NCBI GenBank assembly: GCA_028023455.1
Contig: JAQFVV010000004.1
Coordinates: forward strand, 22,382,001 to 22,446,000
Length of the DNA stretch: 64,000 nucleotides
Reading direction: 5' to 3'
Origin: Epiperipatus broadwayi
Taxonomy: Eukaryota > Animalia > Onychophora
Position numbers and translations under genes: made by a program. Positions 25,873 through 39,899 of the stretch are shown one piece after another. The notes beneath the pieces are model-generated. The model searched no databases. It had not been told where the DNA came from and saw only the letters and a list, made by a program, of their open reading frames with translations. The first letter of the stretch is position 1; every line of letters starts with the position of its first letter.

Positions 25873-28119
25873 AAAATATATATATATTTATTTTAATTTA
25901 AAAAAAATTGTAACACAAAAACAACCTGAGATTACAAAGGGGTATGAGAGAAAATTGATATTGCATAGTTTAGAAAAAAATATTGCTTAACAATTATTTT
26001 AATACTAAAAAGAGATTTCAAAAAGTCGAGAAACATACTAGAGAGATTCAAATATTTTATAATCTTAATTGACGTAAGTAGAAAAATGGCATAAAGAAAA
26101 TTAAATACATCTGAGCAGTGAAAAATATAAAAAATAACTAGAATTTAAAAGTAATCTAACTTAAATAGATAAAATCTATTAAGACCTTAAATGAATATGA
26201 AAGCAAAATTTTACTAAGATGGTGATGAAGATAATAATACAAAGTTTTTTTAAAACAAAATTATAGTTTACATTGTCCAAATCAAATGAAAACTTAAAAT
26301 GATATTTCTATTCACAATCAACAAATGTGCTTTCAAAAAAAAATTATAATATTTCTAATATTAATAAAAGTTCAATTTAAAATAATTGATTCAAAGCATC
26401 AGTTTGTTCTCTCATAAACTCATATTCAATTTAAATTATTTTGGTTCATCTTTTTAATATCTGGATTTTATTTTCAGAAAATGTATTATTACTATATTGA
26501 AAACAAAAACTTTAGCAATAAAAATGTAAACATATCACAGTTTTAAATGTTTAAACAAAATAAATTTGGCTTGAGTCCATATTAAAAATTAATCCACTTA
26601 AGTAGAGAATATAGTAAGCAATTTTTGGAAAGAGAGGAGAAAAAAAATCTTCATATTTGTATGAGAGAATTGGGCTGAAGGTTTAACATCAATCATGATC
26701 TTTGTGAAACTAAAAAAGAAAAATGAAAAAAAAAAATATTTTGTTTTAAAAATATAATAACAATATCATAATAAATTGTTTATCAACACTATTTACAGAG
26801 TCTATAAAACTTTCCACATAGTATTAACAAATATCTACTCTTGAACTCATTTTTATTAATAAAATTTTAACATTTATAATATTTCAACTTAAAAAAAAAT
26901 GCATGTATAAGTAGTATATTCACAAACAGCATATGGGCACAATTATATCTTGTTTTATTTTTTGAAAAAATATTAATTTATTTGAATAAAAAAAAAAAAA
27001 AACAAATTAAATACTATATTTCTCTTAAAATAAGACCAGGTCTTATATTAATTTTAGTCCAAAAAGATGCCTTAGAGTTTATTTTCAAGGGATATATATA
27101 TATATATTTTTGTACAAAAATCTACATTTATTCAAATACAAAATACACATTTATTCAACTTTTCTTTACAGAGAGCCATAAGATTCTTGCCTTGGAAGTC
27201 CTCCATAACTCTTCTCTTGTACTTAATGGAATAGCTTTGTTTTTGCAATCATCTTACCTGAAGTCAAAATTCTATTTTTTAAATGTACCATAAAAATCAA
27301 GTGTTAACTGAAGATTTAAGAGACAAGAATGGTAAAAAATATGATTACAGTTAAGAATAATTGTTCACACAAAGGTGATGAAAAAATGCAGGCACAAAAA
27401 TTCAGAAAAGGTTTCTATATTTCACACAAGCACATTAATTATATTTGTTACAAACACCCTAAAGATTTATATAAGGCACAACCATCACAAAGTGTGCACA
27501 TTGTAAACACTTCCAAATTAATCATAATAGCCCCACTTGGATAATCTTTTTTATAACCTTTCTTTAGAAGAAAGATTGATTTACTTAAACTAAACTTTTA
27601 TTATTAAAATCATTTCATTATTTAGTCTTTTAAGAGGAAAAAATATTTAAGAAATCAAATTGATTTTTCTTTTAACTTGAGTATTTTAAAGTCTTTTAGG
27701 AGGAAAACATCTAAAAAACAAAATTGTTTTTTTTTATATATTGAATATTTAAAAACTATCATGATCAAACTCTAAAACTAATCAAGTATTCTAAATTTAA
27801 GTACTAAATATAAATAAAATAAGTATCTAATATTACATAAATGAAATTATAAATTGTTCAATATACTGGCTTGTGGTAGGTAAAATTTAAAAAGTTTGTT
27901 AAATCATTCATAAAGTCAATAAACTGGTTACCTTAAGCCCAAGATTCAGCAGAGAGGAAATTGTTTCTCTATACAAGTAAAATTACATTTGTCAAAAAGA
28001 GTCGATAGGCAAATATGTAAGAACTATTATAATTTATATTATCATTTATTTGAACATTCATTACTTTGTAATTTATGTCCATTGTGTGTTTCAATGGATG
28101 AACAAAATCAATCTGTCAA

Positions 28120-28176
28120 GCATTAGTGGCCTAGTGGTTAGCATAGCTGCCTTCCAAGCAGCTGGTCCTGATTTGA
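28120..28176 (+). pseudogene. tRNA-Gly(TCC) pseudogene, truncated in the T arm
   Basis: GCATTAGTGGCCTAGTGGTTAGCATAGCTGCCTTCCAAGCAGC matches the eukaryotic tRNA-Gly(TCC) 5' part. Anticodon stem GCTGC:GCAGC, TCC at 28153-28155. T loop degraded and acceptor 3' strand absent. Confidence 0.85.
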
Positions 28177-28322
28177 GAAATGAAAAGAATCAATCCATTT
28201 GGCTGATGATTTTAATAAGGGCTTATATTTGGGGTAGGGTTTATTTTCAAAGTAGGTCTTATTTTTGGAGAAACACAGTACATCACTCAGTATAAAATAT
28301 AAGTATGCATATATATATATTG

Positions 28323-28919
28323 TAATTATAGGGGATTTGAACCCAGCCTTCTGTCATCCACTCTATCTTATACAACCAATACACACGACCACATGTGAAA
28401 AAATAAATGATTTCCAATATACATATTTCATGTTGGACCAGTACTCATAAGTTGGTCCAGATCATCATCTTCCACACACATATATAATCAGGGCTTGGTT
28501 TATATTATGATAGTAAATCTTCAAACTTTAAAAGATAGGCTTCAATCTTCTCCACTCTCCAACTCTTCAGCCATCCATATCATTAAAAATCTGATGATGG
28601 AATGTTCAAAATTCTTGTTTGCCAATTTTAACATTGCATCATCAGATTTTTAATGATATGGATGGGCTGAAAAGTTTGAGATTGGGAAAAAATTGAAGCC
28701 TGCCCTTTAAAATTTGAAGATTTGCTATCTTAACAAAAACCGAGCACTGAATATATGTTGGGAGATGATGATCTGGACAAACTGATGGTTCAGCATGAAA
28801 TATGTATACTGGAGATCACTTATTTTTTTTCACACTTATGTGGTCTTGTATATCAGTTGTGTAAGATGAAGTGGATGACAAAAGAGTTTGAAAGTCTGGG
28901 TTCAAATCCCCTATAATTA
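28323..28919. mobile_element. Foldback/MITE-like family F, longest copy (arms about 280 bp)
   Basis: Termini TAATTATAGGGGATTTGAACCCAG and CTGGGTTCAAATCCCCTATAATTA; the arms are complementary inward to about 28600/28630. Confidence 0.85.
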
Positions 28920-30045
28920 TATCTAGCTTAAAAGTATATATAATATACTTGTATTTAAATATTATATATATTGCAGCATTCTGACTTAAACTTGGTGACT
29001 ATCTATATAAAAATTTTGCTAGCTTATTTCTTTTATTTTAATTCTAAGATTATCTAAATTAATTTAAAAGTAATTAAAGTAGTTTACTTTGTTATTAAAT
29101 GGTTTTAAATAACACATCATAAAATAAAATGGTCATGTGCATTTTTTTTAATAAGTAATGTATCAAAATATTTTTTTATATTCTTAGGATGATATAATAA
29201 AGTTAATGACATATATGCATTATGTTAGGCACATATTAATAAAAGTACATAAACAGTTGTTTAATCATTAAAAACCAGTCAACAGTTAGACAATCCCAAT
29301 ATCAATAACAATCACTGATTTCAATCTGTTGTCAAGGCAACCTACTTTTGGTAGGATTAGACGGTATTAAATTATACATATTTTAAAAAAATATTGTTTT
29401 AAAATATTTAAGTGATTTAAAATGGGTATTTAAAATATTGTTTAAAGTATTAAAAAATAGATAAATAAATCTCTATTTTATTTAAGATATGGTTTTAAAA
29501 TATATTTTGTTTTAATTTGTAAAATTATATACATTTCTTATTATTTTTAAAAACATAATTGTAATATTTATTTTTATGAAGTTTTAAAAAATACTTTAAT
29601 GTTATAAATGCTAGTTTGTTAGAAAAGAACTTTTATTGAGTGAATATATTGGTATATTTGACTCTTAATAAAAAAAGACTACAGAAATGAATTAAAATAG
29701 AGTTGCTAAAATGAAATGTGATAACAACAATATCTAGGATAATTACATAAGTATAACATCATTGGGAGAAAACTATTTAAGCCCCTGATCTTTGATTATA
29801 CTCTCATTTTTTGTCTCAATAGCTAAACTATACAAAAGTTTATGGGTATATAACCTTTACATTTAAAGTTTAAAATGAATAAAATGGAGTAAAAATATTA
29901 CAAACATCTGTTTGAAAGACTTCAAAATCTAAATATTGAATAAAATCATTTTATTATGATAAATATCAAAGTTAAGTGCTACAATATACTTTGTAAGAAC
30001 ATTTGGAAGAAATTGACAACTGTTGTTACTATTATATAAATAAAG

Positions 30046-31191
30046 GGTACTCATACTTATGACAATTCATCCCGCTTGATGGTGTTGTTCCTCTAATAAA
30101 ACACAATCGATATAACGTTACCAGGCCATTACATTTTCTTTAATATTTTAACAAATAACAATACACAGACAACTCAGTACTCATACTTAAGACAATCCAT
30201 CCCGCTTGATGGGGTTGGGTTATTCCTCCAACAAAACACATCAATATAACGTTACTGGGCAATTACATTTTCTTTAATATTTTAACAAATAAACAATACA
30301 CAAACAACTCTATAAAATTATGTTATTTTATTATTTTTTAAACTAATGTTATAGATTTTCAATTAATAAGCTTTTTTTTTTTTTATAATAAATGTTCCTT
30401 TATTTTAGGTTTTTTTAAAAATACCCAATGTTTTTTTTGTTTTGTAAGAAATGTTCATTTAGGTTAGTTTTTTTTTTTTGGAAAATAATTGAATATATTT
30501 GCAAAATGTTCATTTGTTAATGCCATGTTTTTCACTAACATTGATTTGATTACTTCAAACATAGTTTTATTTTTGATTGATAAACAATGCCTCAAGAAAC
30601 AATTTATTTTTGTTTGGTAATAAATGTTCCTTTATTTAATTTTTTTTTTTTTGCGAACCGTAATTTAATATATTACACAATAGAGACAGCTTGAATGTAA
30701 GACTTTTTTTCACAAGTACCCATTTTTTCATCAACGCAAGCTCTCGCAATGTACAAGACTTTAGATTCAGGTATGCTGAATTGCAACATTTCGAATTTTA
30801 ACTTGTTTAGGGGGGAGCAGGGGTTACATTGGTATAGTGTGACAATTTGGAGGAGGTTTGAAAATAATTACTTGAGTGAATATTGGTTCACTTTCCATCA
30901 TTTAAATTATTCACACCTTATCATGATAACTTAGCGATATGTTAAGTGTCAGCATTCGTATAGACAGTAAACAACACATATCGGAGCTAACTGATATGGC
31001 AGGCTAAGTGTGAATTGCGAGAGCAATTGATCACAAAACACGCTGCTGCCCGCCGTTAGCCAAAAGACTCAATTGCTAGCACTCAATTACTGATAGCAAT
31101 TGAGAAGTTGTGCCTGATAAATGGTATTTTAGACTACTTTTGGCTAGCAACAATGCCATCAAGTGGATGGATTGTCATAAGTATGAGTACC
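30046..31191. mobile_element. Non-autonomous DNA transposon with 36-37 bp TIRs starting GG and an 8-bp TSD (Merlin-like)
   Basis: Left TIR GGTACTCATACTTATGACAATTCATCCCGCTTGATGG; right TIR 31156-31191. TSD AAATAAAG at 30038-30045 and 31192-31199. CpG-rich interior with no transposase ORF. Superfamily inferred from the GG termini and 8-bp TSD. Confidence 0.8.
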
Positions 31192-32366
31192 AAATAAAGC
31201 AGTATTATACATTGTAAAATTTTAATTATGGAATACTTCATTAAAAATTAAAATATCATCACAATGGATAACATTAATGGAATGATAAGTTGGAATAATA
31301 TGGATTAAACATAACATCTATCTACACAACAAACATTGTGGCATTTTCTGCAGAATATCTAAAAGAATTTGAACTTTAAATTATTATTATTTTTGTACAT
31401 ATAGTGAATCATAAAATTTTTGGTGTACATTATAAATATTGTTCTTTGATGGAGTTACAATTTAATGGGCATTCCTTGAGAATAATAGTAAAAAAAAGGT
31501 TACCAGGTAATTTTTTTTTATTAAATTGTTTTACAAAGCATTTATTTAGTATACAAGAAAAATATATCATTATCAAAAAGAAAAGTTTAAAATAAATAGT
31601 AAACAAAATAAAAGTAATATATTTCTTAATGATAATTTTAGTTTGTTTAAATAAAAGTTTGTTTATTTGTTGCTTCAAAAGAAAATAGGTTTTCATGAAT
31701 AAATATTTATGGGTAATATTAGTGAAATTAAGTATATTTAATAAACATTTGTAACATAATATTTTATAAAATGTAAATTAATAAGCTTGTTTATTTTGAT
31801 AATAAAAATAGTCAACAAATTAAGCATACTAATTAAGTTTTGTAAAAATATATTTGTATGGGGTTTTTTTTACACTAGTAGAATCTATTTCTTTTTGTTT
31901 TTCTTAGTGATAGACACATTTATAAAATAATAATTATATAAATAGTAATAATAGTAATTAATTCAGTTGAAAACTATTCAATGAGGGATATTTTATTTGC
32001 TTCTTAATTTTACACACATATATATATTACTGTCAATATTATTTGTATTAATAAATTTCCATTTTTATTAATTAAACTGATTTTTTTGTGATTATTAATA
32101 ATTAAATTATTACACTACACAATGATTTAAACCTTGAGAGTCTATGTGTTTTATTTATATTCATGTATTATTATATTAGCTAGCCAAAATATTAGATAAG
32201 AATTCTAAATGTTTCATTCACTTTAATATCATTACATTTGGCAATCCAAGTACAGCCTGAATAAGACCTTTTATCTGAGAGAAATACTACTATTACATTT
32301 TCATTCTTAAATGTGAAGTTTGATTATAATTTCATTTTTATACTATTACAATATATATATATATAT

Positions 32367-32640
32367 GTATTATAAGGGATTAAACTCGAACTTTCAAGCT
32401 CCCTACATCTATCCAATTTATCTTATACAACTAATACACATGACAACATACATGTGATAAAGATAAATAATCTCCAATATACATACTTTATGCTGAATGA
32501 GAGCTGGTTCAGCACGAAATAGGTATTTTGGAGTTCATTTATCTTTTTTATGTGTATATGGTCATGTGTATCAGTTGTATAAGATAAATTAAATAGCTGT
32601 AGAGAGTTTGTAAGTTTGAGTTCAAATCCCTTATAATTAC
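32367..32640. mobile_element. Family F internally deleted copy (arms about 135 bp)
   Basis: Ends TTATAAGGGATTAAACTC and GAGTTCAAATCCCTTATAA; hairpin centre near 32500. Confidence 0.8.
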
Positions 32641-32769
32641 ATTAAATTTAGTATAGACAATATACATATACAAATTTACACTATATAAAAAATATAATTA
32701 AAAGAGTAAATAAAGTTATGTAATTAAAGTTATAAATATATGCCATAATTTCAAATCATTTTATATCAA

Positions 32770-33568
32770 AACATAATAAACAAATAAGATAAGCTACTAC
32801 CTCCTGATAATGACAGTCACTAAGACCTTCAATACAAAAATCAACAAACTCCAATAACTATAACCTCAACAAAAAATTTATGTGGCTTGACAAACTCATA
32901 TCTCATTTGATGTAGACCAATTGATCCTCTGCAGAGGCTAACCATATGGGAAGCACATAGTATCCTTAATCTGGAATCCCACACTGCTCGCCCTAGTTTA
33001 GGATGTAGCAATTATAAAATAACAACTATATTTAAATTTTTAATGATGGAACCTAAGTTTTTGGATTTCCTCATTAAAATAAATCTAAACTCAATGCCGA
33101 CTAACTGGTTTTTACACCACAAGAAATACTTCAGGAAAATAAATCCTCTATGTCACAACTGCAGTAGAAGTGATGAGACATTCAACCACCTTATACAAAC
33201 TTGTACAGCTTTCTGAGAATTCTCAACATCAAAGATTGTATAATGTCAAAGGACTTCCCAATTATAAGATTATCCATTTTTCTCACTTATTCCATGTGGA
33301 TCGCAAGTCAGAAGACATTTTTATAGGGACTATGAAGAAAATCCAAAATAGGGATAAAGTCCTTGCCTCAAAATTTCTTATAGAAAACACTTGGAATCTC
33401 TTCAACTTCCCAAACATACATATCCAAGTGTGAATAACTAATTGTTCCAGCAGACTTACAGTGACCTTCATAACAGACCAAATTTGACAAGGTTCCCTGG
33501 TTTTCTCATTGTGTAACAAAATGTAATAAATTAACAATAAATAATTTTTATAAAAAAAAAAAAAAAGA
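32770..33568 (+). mobile_element. 5'-truncated L1/Tx1-clade LINE 3' end (zinc knuckle plus poly-A)
   Basis: Frame reads KFLDFLIKINLNSMPTNWFLHH..PLCHNCSRSDETFNHLIQTC (C-x2-C...H-x4-C; about 33058-33213). Poly-A at about 33551-33567. The 5' boundary is approximate. Confidence 0.75.
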
Positions 33569-33929
33569 ATTGAGATGTTAAGATTGAAATCTAGTTATCA
33601 AATTACCCCTTCATTATATAATATCTAACTTTTCTTATTAAATTATTTACATTATTTTTCAAATTTTTCTAACTATATATTATTTCTATTTCTTAAGTTA
33701 TTCTATAATCCTTATTCCATTTCACAAAAATATTTAACTTCTACAATTCTATTCTTATTTCAATTCCTGAAAATACATTGGCTTCTTGCATAATGCTAAA
33801 AATACTATCCAATTTCACAGCAAGTTAACAAGTAAATATATATATATATATAATCCTAAATATAAATTTATATTTGATTCAGGTTTATTTTTCGATATCT
33901 ATCTTTTCATATAGTAATTTAATATTCAT

Positions 33930-35770
33930 ATTTATCATCAAAATTTGTCATCATATCATCATCATTATTATCAATCCATTGCAAGATGATGGTCTCTTCA
34001 AGTTCAATCTATCTTCTCTTATTATCTCTAGCCTTTCTTCTCCACAACACCTCTGCAATTTCCTTATTTCATCCACTCATCTCACATGTGGTCTCTTTCT
34101 GGGTCTTTTACAATCTATTGAAATACAGATTAATATTTCAACTGTCCATCTATTATCATCTCTTCTAGCAATATGTCCAGGCCAACTCCACTTCAGTCTC
34201 TTAATTCTTTCAATGATGTCAATTACATCTATTCATTCTTTTCCTCATGTATTTCATTTTTGATCTTTTCTTGTTTTGCTCCTAACATGCATCTCTCATA
34301 CTTTTACAAGAGCTCTGACGTCTCTGTATTGTTCTTCTGTTAAATGTTCAAGTCTCAGATCCATAAGTAAGAACTTCCTTTTCAAACACACGACTAAGCT
34401 ATTTCTACCAAAAGCATTCCAACCAAGTTTAATTCTATGATTAATTTCATCAATTATGCTTCCATCTGTAGTAATAATCTGACCAAAATATTTATAGTTG
34501 TTAACTTCTAAATCATCATTATCAATCTTTATTTTCATCTTTTGAGAAAATCCACTGAACATACTTCTAGTTCTATTTTCTTACTTGCATCTGATAACTC
34601 TTGCAACATTTCCTGAAGCTCTGAAGCATTATGTTTAAAATCTACATGATTTAAATAATCTCCATTTATTTTTATTTCTTTAACTTTCTATTTTAAACCA
34701 CAAAATACTTCTTGTAGTATTGCTGTAAAACAAATTGGATATGGAGTCATCCTGTCTTAATTGTTGCTGTTACATTTTTATAAATATTCCTTAGACTATG
34801 ACAATATCCTGGGTCTATACTTGGATGATCCAATGCTTTAATCATGAAGAAATGCTTATAGAATCAAATGCCTTTTCATAATCTACAAATCCAAAGCACA
34901 ATGCAATTCATATTTTTGGTCCTTTCTATAACTTCTCTCAATACTTGGATATGATCCACTATACTAAAACCACTTTTAAATCCAGTTTGTTCTTTTGGTT
35001 GGTTGAAATCCAAAGTTCTCCGTAGACAAGCTGTAATCATCTTGATAAAAATTTGGTACAAAACTGATAAAAGACTAATAAGCCTATAATTTCTAATATC
35101 TTCTTTATCATCTTTTTTTAAATAGTAATATTGCATTCTTCTAATCATCTGGTACGTCTTTATCATTTAGACATTTGTTTATAACTTTGCAAAAAAAAAA
35201 TTCTATTTCTTCACCTGCTTCTTTTAAGACATTGATTATAATTCTATCATTACCTGGAGTTTTCCCCTTCTTCATTTAAAATCCTGAGCAATTCAGAAAT
35301 ATAATTGCTATAGAAGGTACTTAATCTTAATAACTACATAATTCTTTATAGAATTTTTCTACACATTTCATGATGTCATCTTGTTCCATCTTTTTTTCTT
35401 ATTGCAGATATAAGTTTGCTATCAATACCAAAATGTTGTTTTACATTCTTGAGACTTTCATTCTCTTCTACAGTTTTCCTTTCTAGTTCACAATTATACT
35501 TTCTTATATCATTATCAATATTTTTTGCACTATTTTACAAAATTTGAGATATTCAATCCTTCTTCATACAACATTTTTATATCCCTTTTCTTCATAAAAT
35601 CTCTAATCTCAGTAGAAATTTCATTGGTCAGTTACTGCAGTTTTTAAAAGTATATCAGTTATATTCCCATTGATTTCTTACAAATCTGAATCATGTGCAA
35701 AATCTGCTAATACTTGAAAACAATTTGCAAACTTTACTTTAAATTCATTAGAATGTTTTTGAAGATTAGA
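33930..35770 (-). mobile_element. RTE-clade LINE, 5'-truncated and disrupted
   Basis: DKEDIRNYRLISLLSVLYQIF..LDFNQPKEQTGF..DHIQVLREVIER; VRQDDSISP; YKYFGQII..EINHRIKLGWNAF; LKWSWPGHIARRDDNRW. (GAT)n-like tail near 33930-33965. Confidence 0.92.
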
Positions 35771-37396
35771 AATAACAACTGTGAATATTGTTTTTCCAAA
35801 TGCAGATATATATAAAGAATTTGAACATATACAAAATGTATTCATATAAAAAACCACAATGAACCTAACTGAGCAAATGAAGAAAATAAATTCTTTATAA
35901 ATAATTTCTAAATCATAATAAATAGTAAAATAGATGACTTCTAATTTTTTAAGATTCTAAAGTAATAGTCAGGAAAAAACAATCCAAATCACAAGTACAT
36001 AAATACATCAAATGCACGAACAATCGCAAAGTGATAAGCATACAAGGAAAATAATTGATATTAAATTTAATTACAATATACAATATTAACATAAAACAAA
36101 AAAAAATGTCATGAAAACAAGCAAAAAATTTAATACACAAAGGTCTATAACTTATATAACAAATAAAATCAATAATGATAATAATATAAACAATCACAAA
36201 TTGTTTAAAATATTTGTTCAACAAAAACAAAACAGCAACTATAAATTACAGCAAACACAATCAACAAAATATATTTAGCAACAAATTTTGAAAATGACAA
36301 CTGTTAAAAATGTTTAAATTGTTACTAATTATGATACAATCAATTACACTTTAAGTAGATAGGAACTATTATTAAAAAAATTTTTACTTCTAAAAAAACT
36401 CAAAAGATTTCAAATTTTTTTTTTATCAGTACTGTACATTTATTTCAAACTCATACTTAATGTGTCTATGAGAACAAAAAAAAAAAACTTATTGCTTAGC
36501 ACAACAAAAATCCAATATATTGATACATAAAAGCTTTAACAAAAATACACTTTAGTAAAAGTTACTGTTAAAACAATATTCTAAAAGATAGAGATGAAAA
36601 TAAGAGAAAAATCAAGGAAATGATGTAAAGATATAAGGAACAGCATGGAAAAGCATAATCTACCACAGGCAAATGTTATAAAGAGAGAGATATGAGAAAA
36701 ATGCAGATGAGGCTGACAATACTCACAGTAGTAAAAAATCCTGTAAGCAGAAGAAAATAAAAGTTTAGAAGAAGAAAGTCTTTTAATATAATAATGCATA
36801 TACAGTTATTATTTTATCACAGAATTACCATGTTATTTCTTTGTGTAATAATATTTTAAAATTAGTTGATCAATACAGAAATAAACTTCAAAAATATCCA
36901 TAAACTTATTATAAGTATCAAAAAGCTTAATGCAGAAAAAAAATTCAGAGTAAATTTAATTGAGAAGTTTAGTTTTAACATTTGAACTTGATTTTTAAAC
37001 CCTGAACAAAAAACTATATACATTTTTATTCCTGAATAAGATCATATAAGCATGAAAATAACATTCTACTGCATATATTGTCATGATTAGAAGGTGAAAA
37101 TAATAGATTTAAAATGTTAAATATTCATCAGTTTTTAACAAGCATATGCTAATCACTACACACATCGTAAGTAGAATTTTTATCTTACTGCGAAGTTATT
37201 GGTTTCTGGTATGGATGTTTTGTTGAGGAAATAAAGGTATCATAAACATAAAACTTTAACAAAGCATATCATGGTCTCAGAATAATTCTTTTGTAATTCA
37301 ACTAAAAATAATTTCCTTCTTTTCTGAGCTAAGGTAATGCATGACTGTTAATGAAAACATCCACAGAAAAGATAGATTAAAAAAATATTCAGCTTT

Positions 37397-37455
37397 ATTA
37401 CTGCCTAGCAAGTTGTCAATATAACATCTATATCATATTCATGGTTTATAGTAAT
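37397..37455 (-). ncRNA. Type I HHR-like fold with A3/U8 core (P2 terminal repeat)
   Basis: Minus strand reads ATTACT ATAA ACC ATGAATA T GATATA GATGT TATATT GACA ACTTGC TA / GGC AGTAAT; core at 37436-37442. GAAA is mutated to GACA. Confidence 0.6.
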
Positions 37456-39565
37456 ATGACTTAAGAGTTCTTGGTATTAATGTATAAGTAATAACTAATT
37501 AGCTATTTAAAATATTAAAATTTTATTTAAATGGCCCATCTTTGATAGCAGTATGCTTGTGTTTTTTCTACTGATTGAAAAATGGTCATTTGCTATTTGC
37601 CTAGGCCTCCATAATCTTCTGCTTTCTGTCCTCTCTTTCCATATATATATAATTTTTGCTTTTTATAATTTGAATTTGTGGCTGGTCTTTTGTTCATGGT
37701 CTGTGAATATTGATGAGTATTCTTTATTTTTAAGGGCTCTGTTGTTTAAATATCTATCTTAGGCCAATCTAGTTGAAAGGTTGGCTTTCGACACACCATA
37801 ATATGCTAAGTTGCATGTAGATTAACTGAATTTAATTTTATAAACCACTTAATGTGCAGATTAGTTCAATAAACATTCAATGTCTTTGCAAATCTTTTTA
37901 AATTTATGGGTGACTTTTGGATGTGAGAGTAATCCACTTTTTAGGCTCTCCTTGTTGAGTGGGACTGTGGTTTCTTATTTTGTTGTGAAACCTATTTTTA
38001 GTGTTAATAATTTTATTGTAGTTGTACCTTATATTTTGAAAGTCCTTGTATAGTCTTCAATATTGTTCTTTTTATTTATCATATTCAAATTTGCACAAAT
38101 CATGATTTTTGTGCAGAAAACCTTCAAGTCCAGCATATTTATGTGAAATGTGGATTATTAAACTGGGGTGGCTCACTCCTCTTATGGTTATAAGTTTAAG
38201 CATCATTCTGTAGTCTAGGGTGTTGCATTGCCTTTGGATATATAAATCCAGGAATTTAATTCCTCCGTTTCTGTCTTGGCCATCGTCGATGACAGTGTTG
38301 ATGCTTATTGTAATTCTTGCCATACTTTATTTATGTGGGTCTTTTGAACATATAAACATGTCATCAATGTATCTAATATATATTAAGTCTGGATTTGACA
38401 ACACAAACTTAGAAATGGTATTATTTTCAATTGTTCCAAGAATAGGATGCTAATGATGCCACTAATGGGGAGCCCCATTGGCCATTCTTTAATATTTTCC
38501 ATTTGCTATGGCTGTAAAGACTTTATTTATCCACGTTAGTATATCAATAATGAATTCCTTTTTGTGATGGTCATAGTTAGTGTTATTCAACAATTCACTA
38601 ATAATTTTGATAGATTCTGTTCTAGGCACTGAGCTATATAATTCTTTTACGTCAAGTGATGCGATGAATAGGCACCAAATACCAAGTCTTCGGTCATCCA
38701 TGTAGCAATGGTTTTAGCTGTTTTGGAAAAGTATATTCTGCTGATATCGATGGGGAGTTTTCCTTATGTAATTTTATGTTCATGAAAATTCTTGGAATAA
38801 TTGCTGCAAAGGGGTATATTTTAAATATTCTACCTTCATAAGTGCTCTTTGACAGTGCTTTCTAAGGATTGCTAAATAAATTTAACTTTCATATATTATA
38901 AAGCTATATCTATAAATTTAAGGTTTTTAATTTGTATAATTAGTTTTGTTTGATACTCTTTCCTATTTATTAACACCATCTGATTTCCTTTATTTTCTCA
39001 TATGCAGATTACGTTATGATCTTTTATATATGTTTCAGAATTATTTATGCTAGTATATCAGTTATTGCATGTGTTTGATAACACATTAGTTATTCTAGTC
39101 GTTTTCCCAATTATGCTACCTTTTGTAGGTTCATTCTCAAATTTTGTTTGTGTTGTTACAATTTCTGTTTTAGCATTTTTCCATTCTCTGCCCACAAATT
39201 TAGATCCATTATTTAATATATTACCAATGGTGTTTGGTACTTGTTCATTGGATAAATTGACCTAATTGTCTTGATTGTTACATTTATTTTCCAATTTTAA
39301 AGCCATTCGTGCATATTTATTCATCAACCATAAACAAGACCAGCCACAAATTTGAATTTTCAAAAACAAAATATATATATATATAGAGAACAGAAGGTAG
39401 AAGATTAAGGAGGCCTGGTAAATAGCAAGTGACTGTTTTTCAATCAACAGAAAAGACACAAGCATACCACTATCAAAGAAGTGGGCCATTTAATTACATT
39501 TTTATATTTTAAATAGTTAATTAGTTATTACTTATATAAATTAATACCAAGAATTCTTAAGTCAT

Positions 39566-39625
39566 ATCACTATAAGTCATGAATATGATATACATGCTAC
39601 ATTGAAAGCATGGCTAGGCGGTAAT
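39566..39625 (+). ncRNA. Type I HHR-like fold with A3/U8 core (P2 inverted arm)
   Basis: GTC ATGAATA (39579-39585) T GATATA CATGC TACATT GAAA (39604-39607) GCATGGC TA / GGC GGTAAT. Confidence 0.65.
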
Positions 39626-39899
39626 AAAGCTGAATATTTTTTTTAAAAACTATCTTTTCTGTGGATGTTTTCATTAGCAATCATGTATTACATTAGCTCA
39701 GAAAAGAAGAAAATTATTTATAGTTGAACTACAAAAGATTATGGAAGGCGCAAGCTTGTACAACTCTGCATATGAAATGCATTGTAGTCTGGCAAGAAAG
39801 AGTTATATTTTTACATAATTGTTTATAACTGAAGATTTTTCCAAAATGTTGTAACATATATATATATAGATAGATAGAGCTATTTATCATTGTGAGAAA

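Larger units (their letters stand above)
37230..39741 (-). mobile_element. Penelope-like family P2, minus-strand copy with an inverted terminal arm (about 39319-39741)
   Basis: LDVKELYSSVP; GLPISG; IRYIDDMFIC; GIKFLDLYI; GIY-YIG-type VYKIK..CNLAYYG..NLSTRL. Terminal repeat about 37270-37720 is mirrored at about 39319-39741. Confidence 0.9.

Noticed and set aside
27170-27310. Strong splice signals (plus-strand acceptor near 27170; minus-strand CAG/GTAAGA donor near 27255)
   Set aside because: The minus-strand candidate exon has stops in all frames, and the plus-strand frames give no recognisable product.
39829-39855. CTGAAGA followed by AAAATGTTGTA as another hammerhead
   Set aside because: No stem II or stem I pairing and no GAAA.
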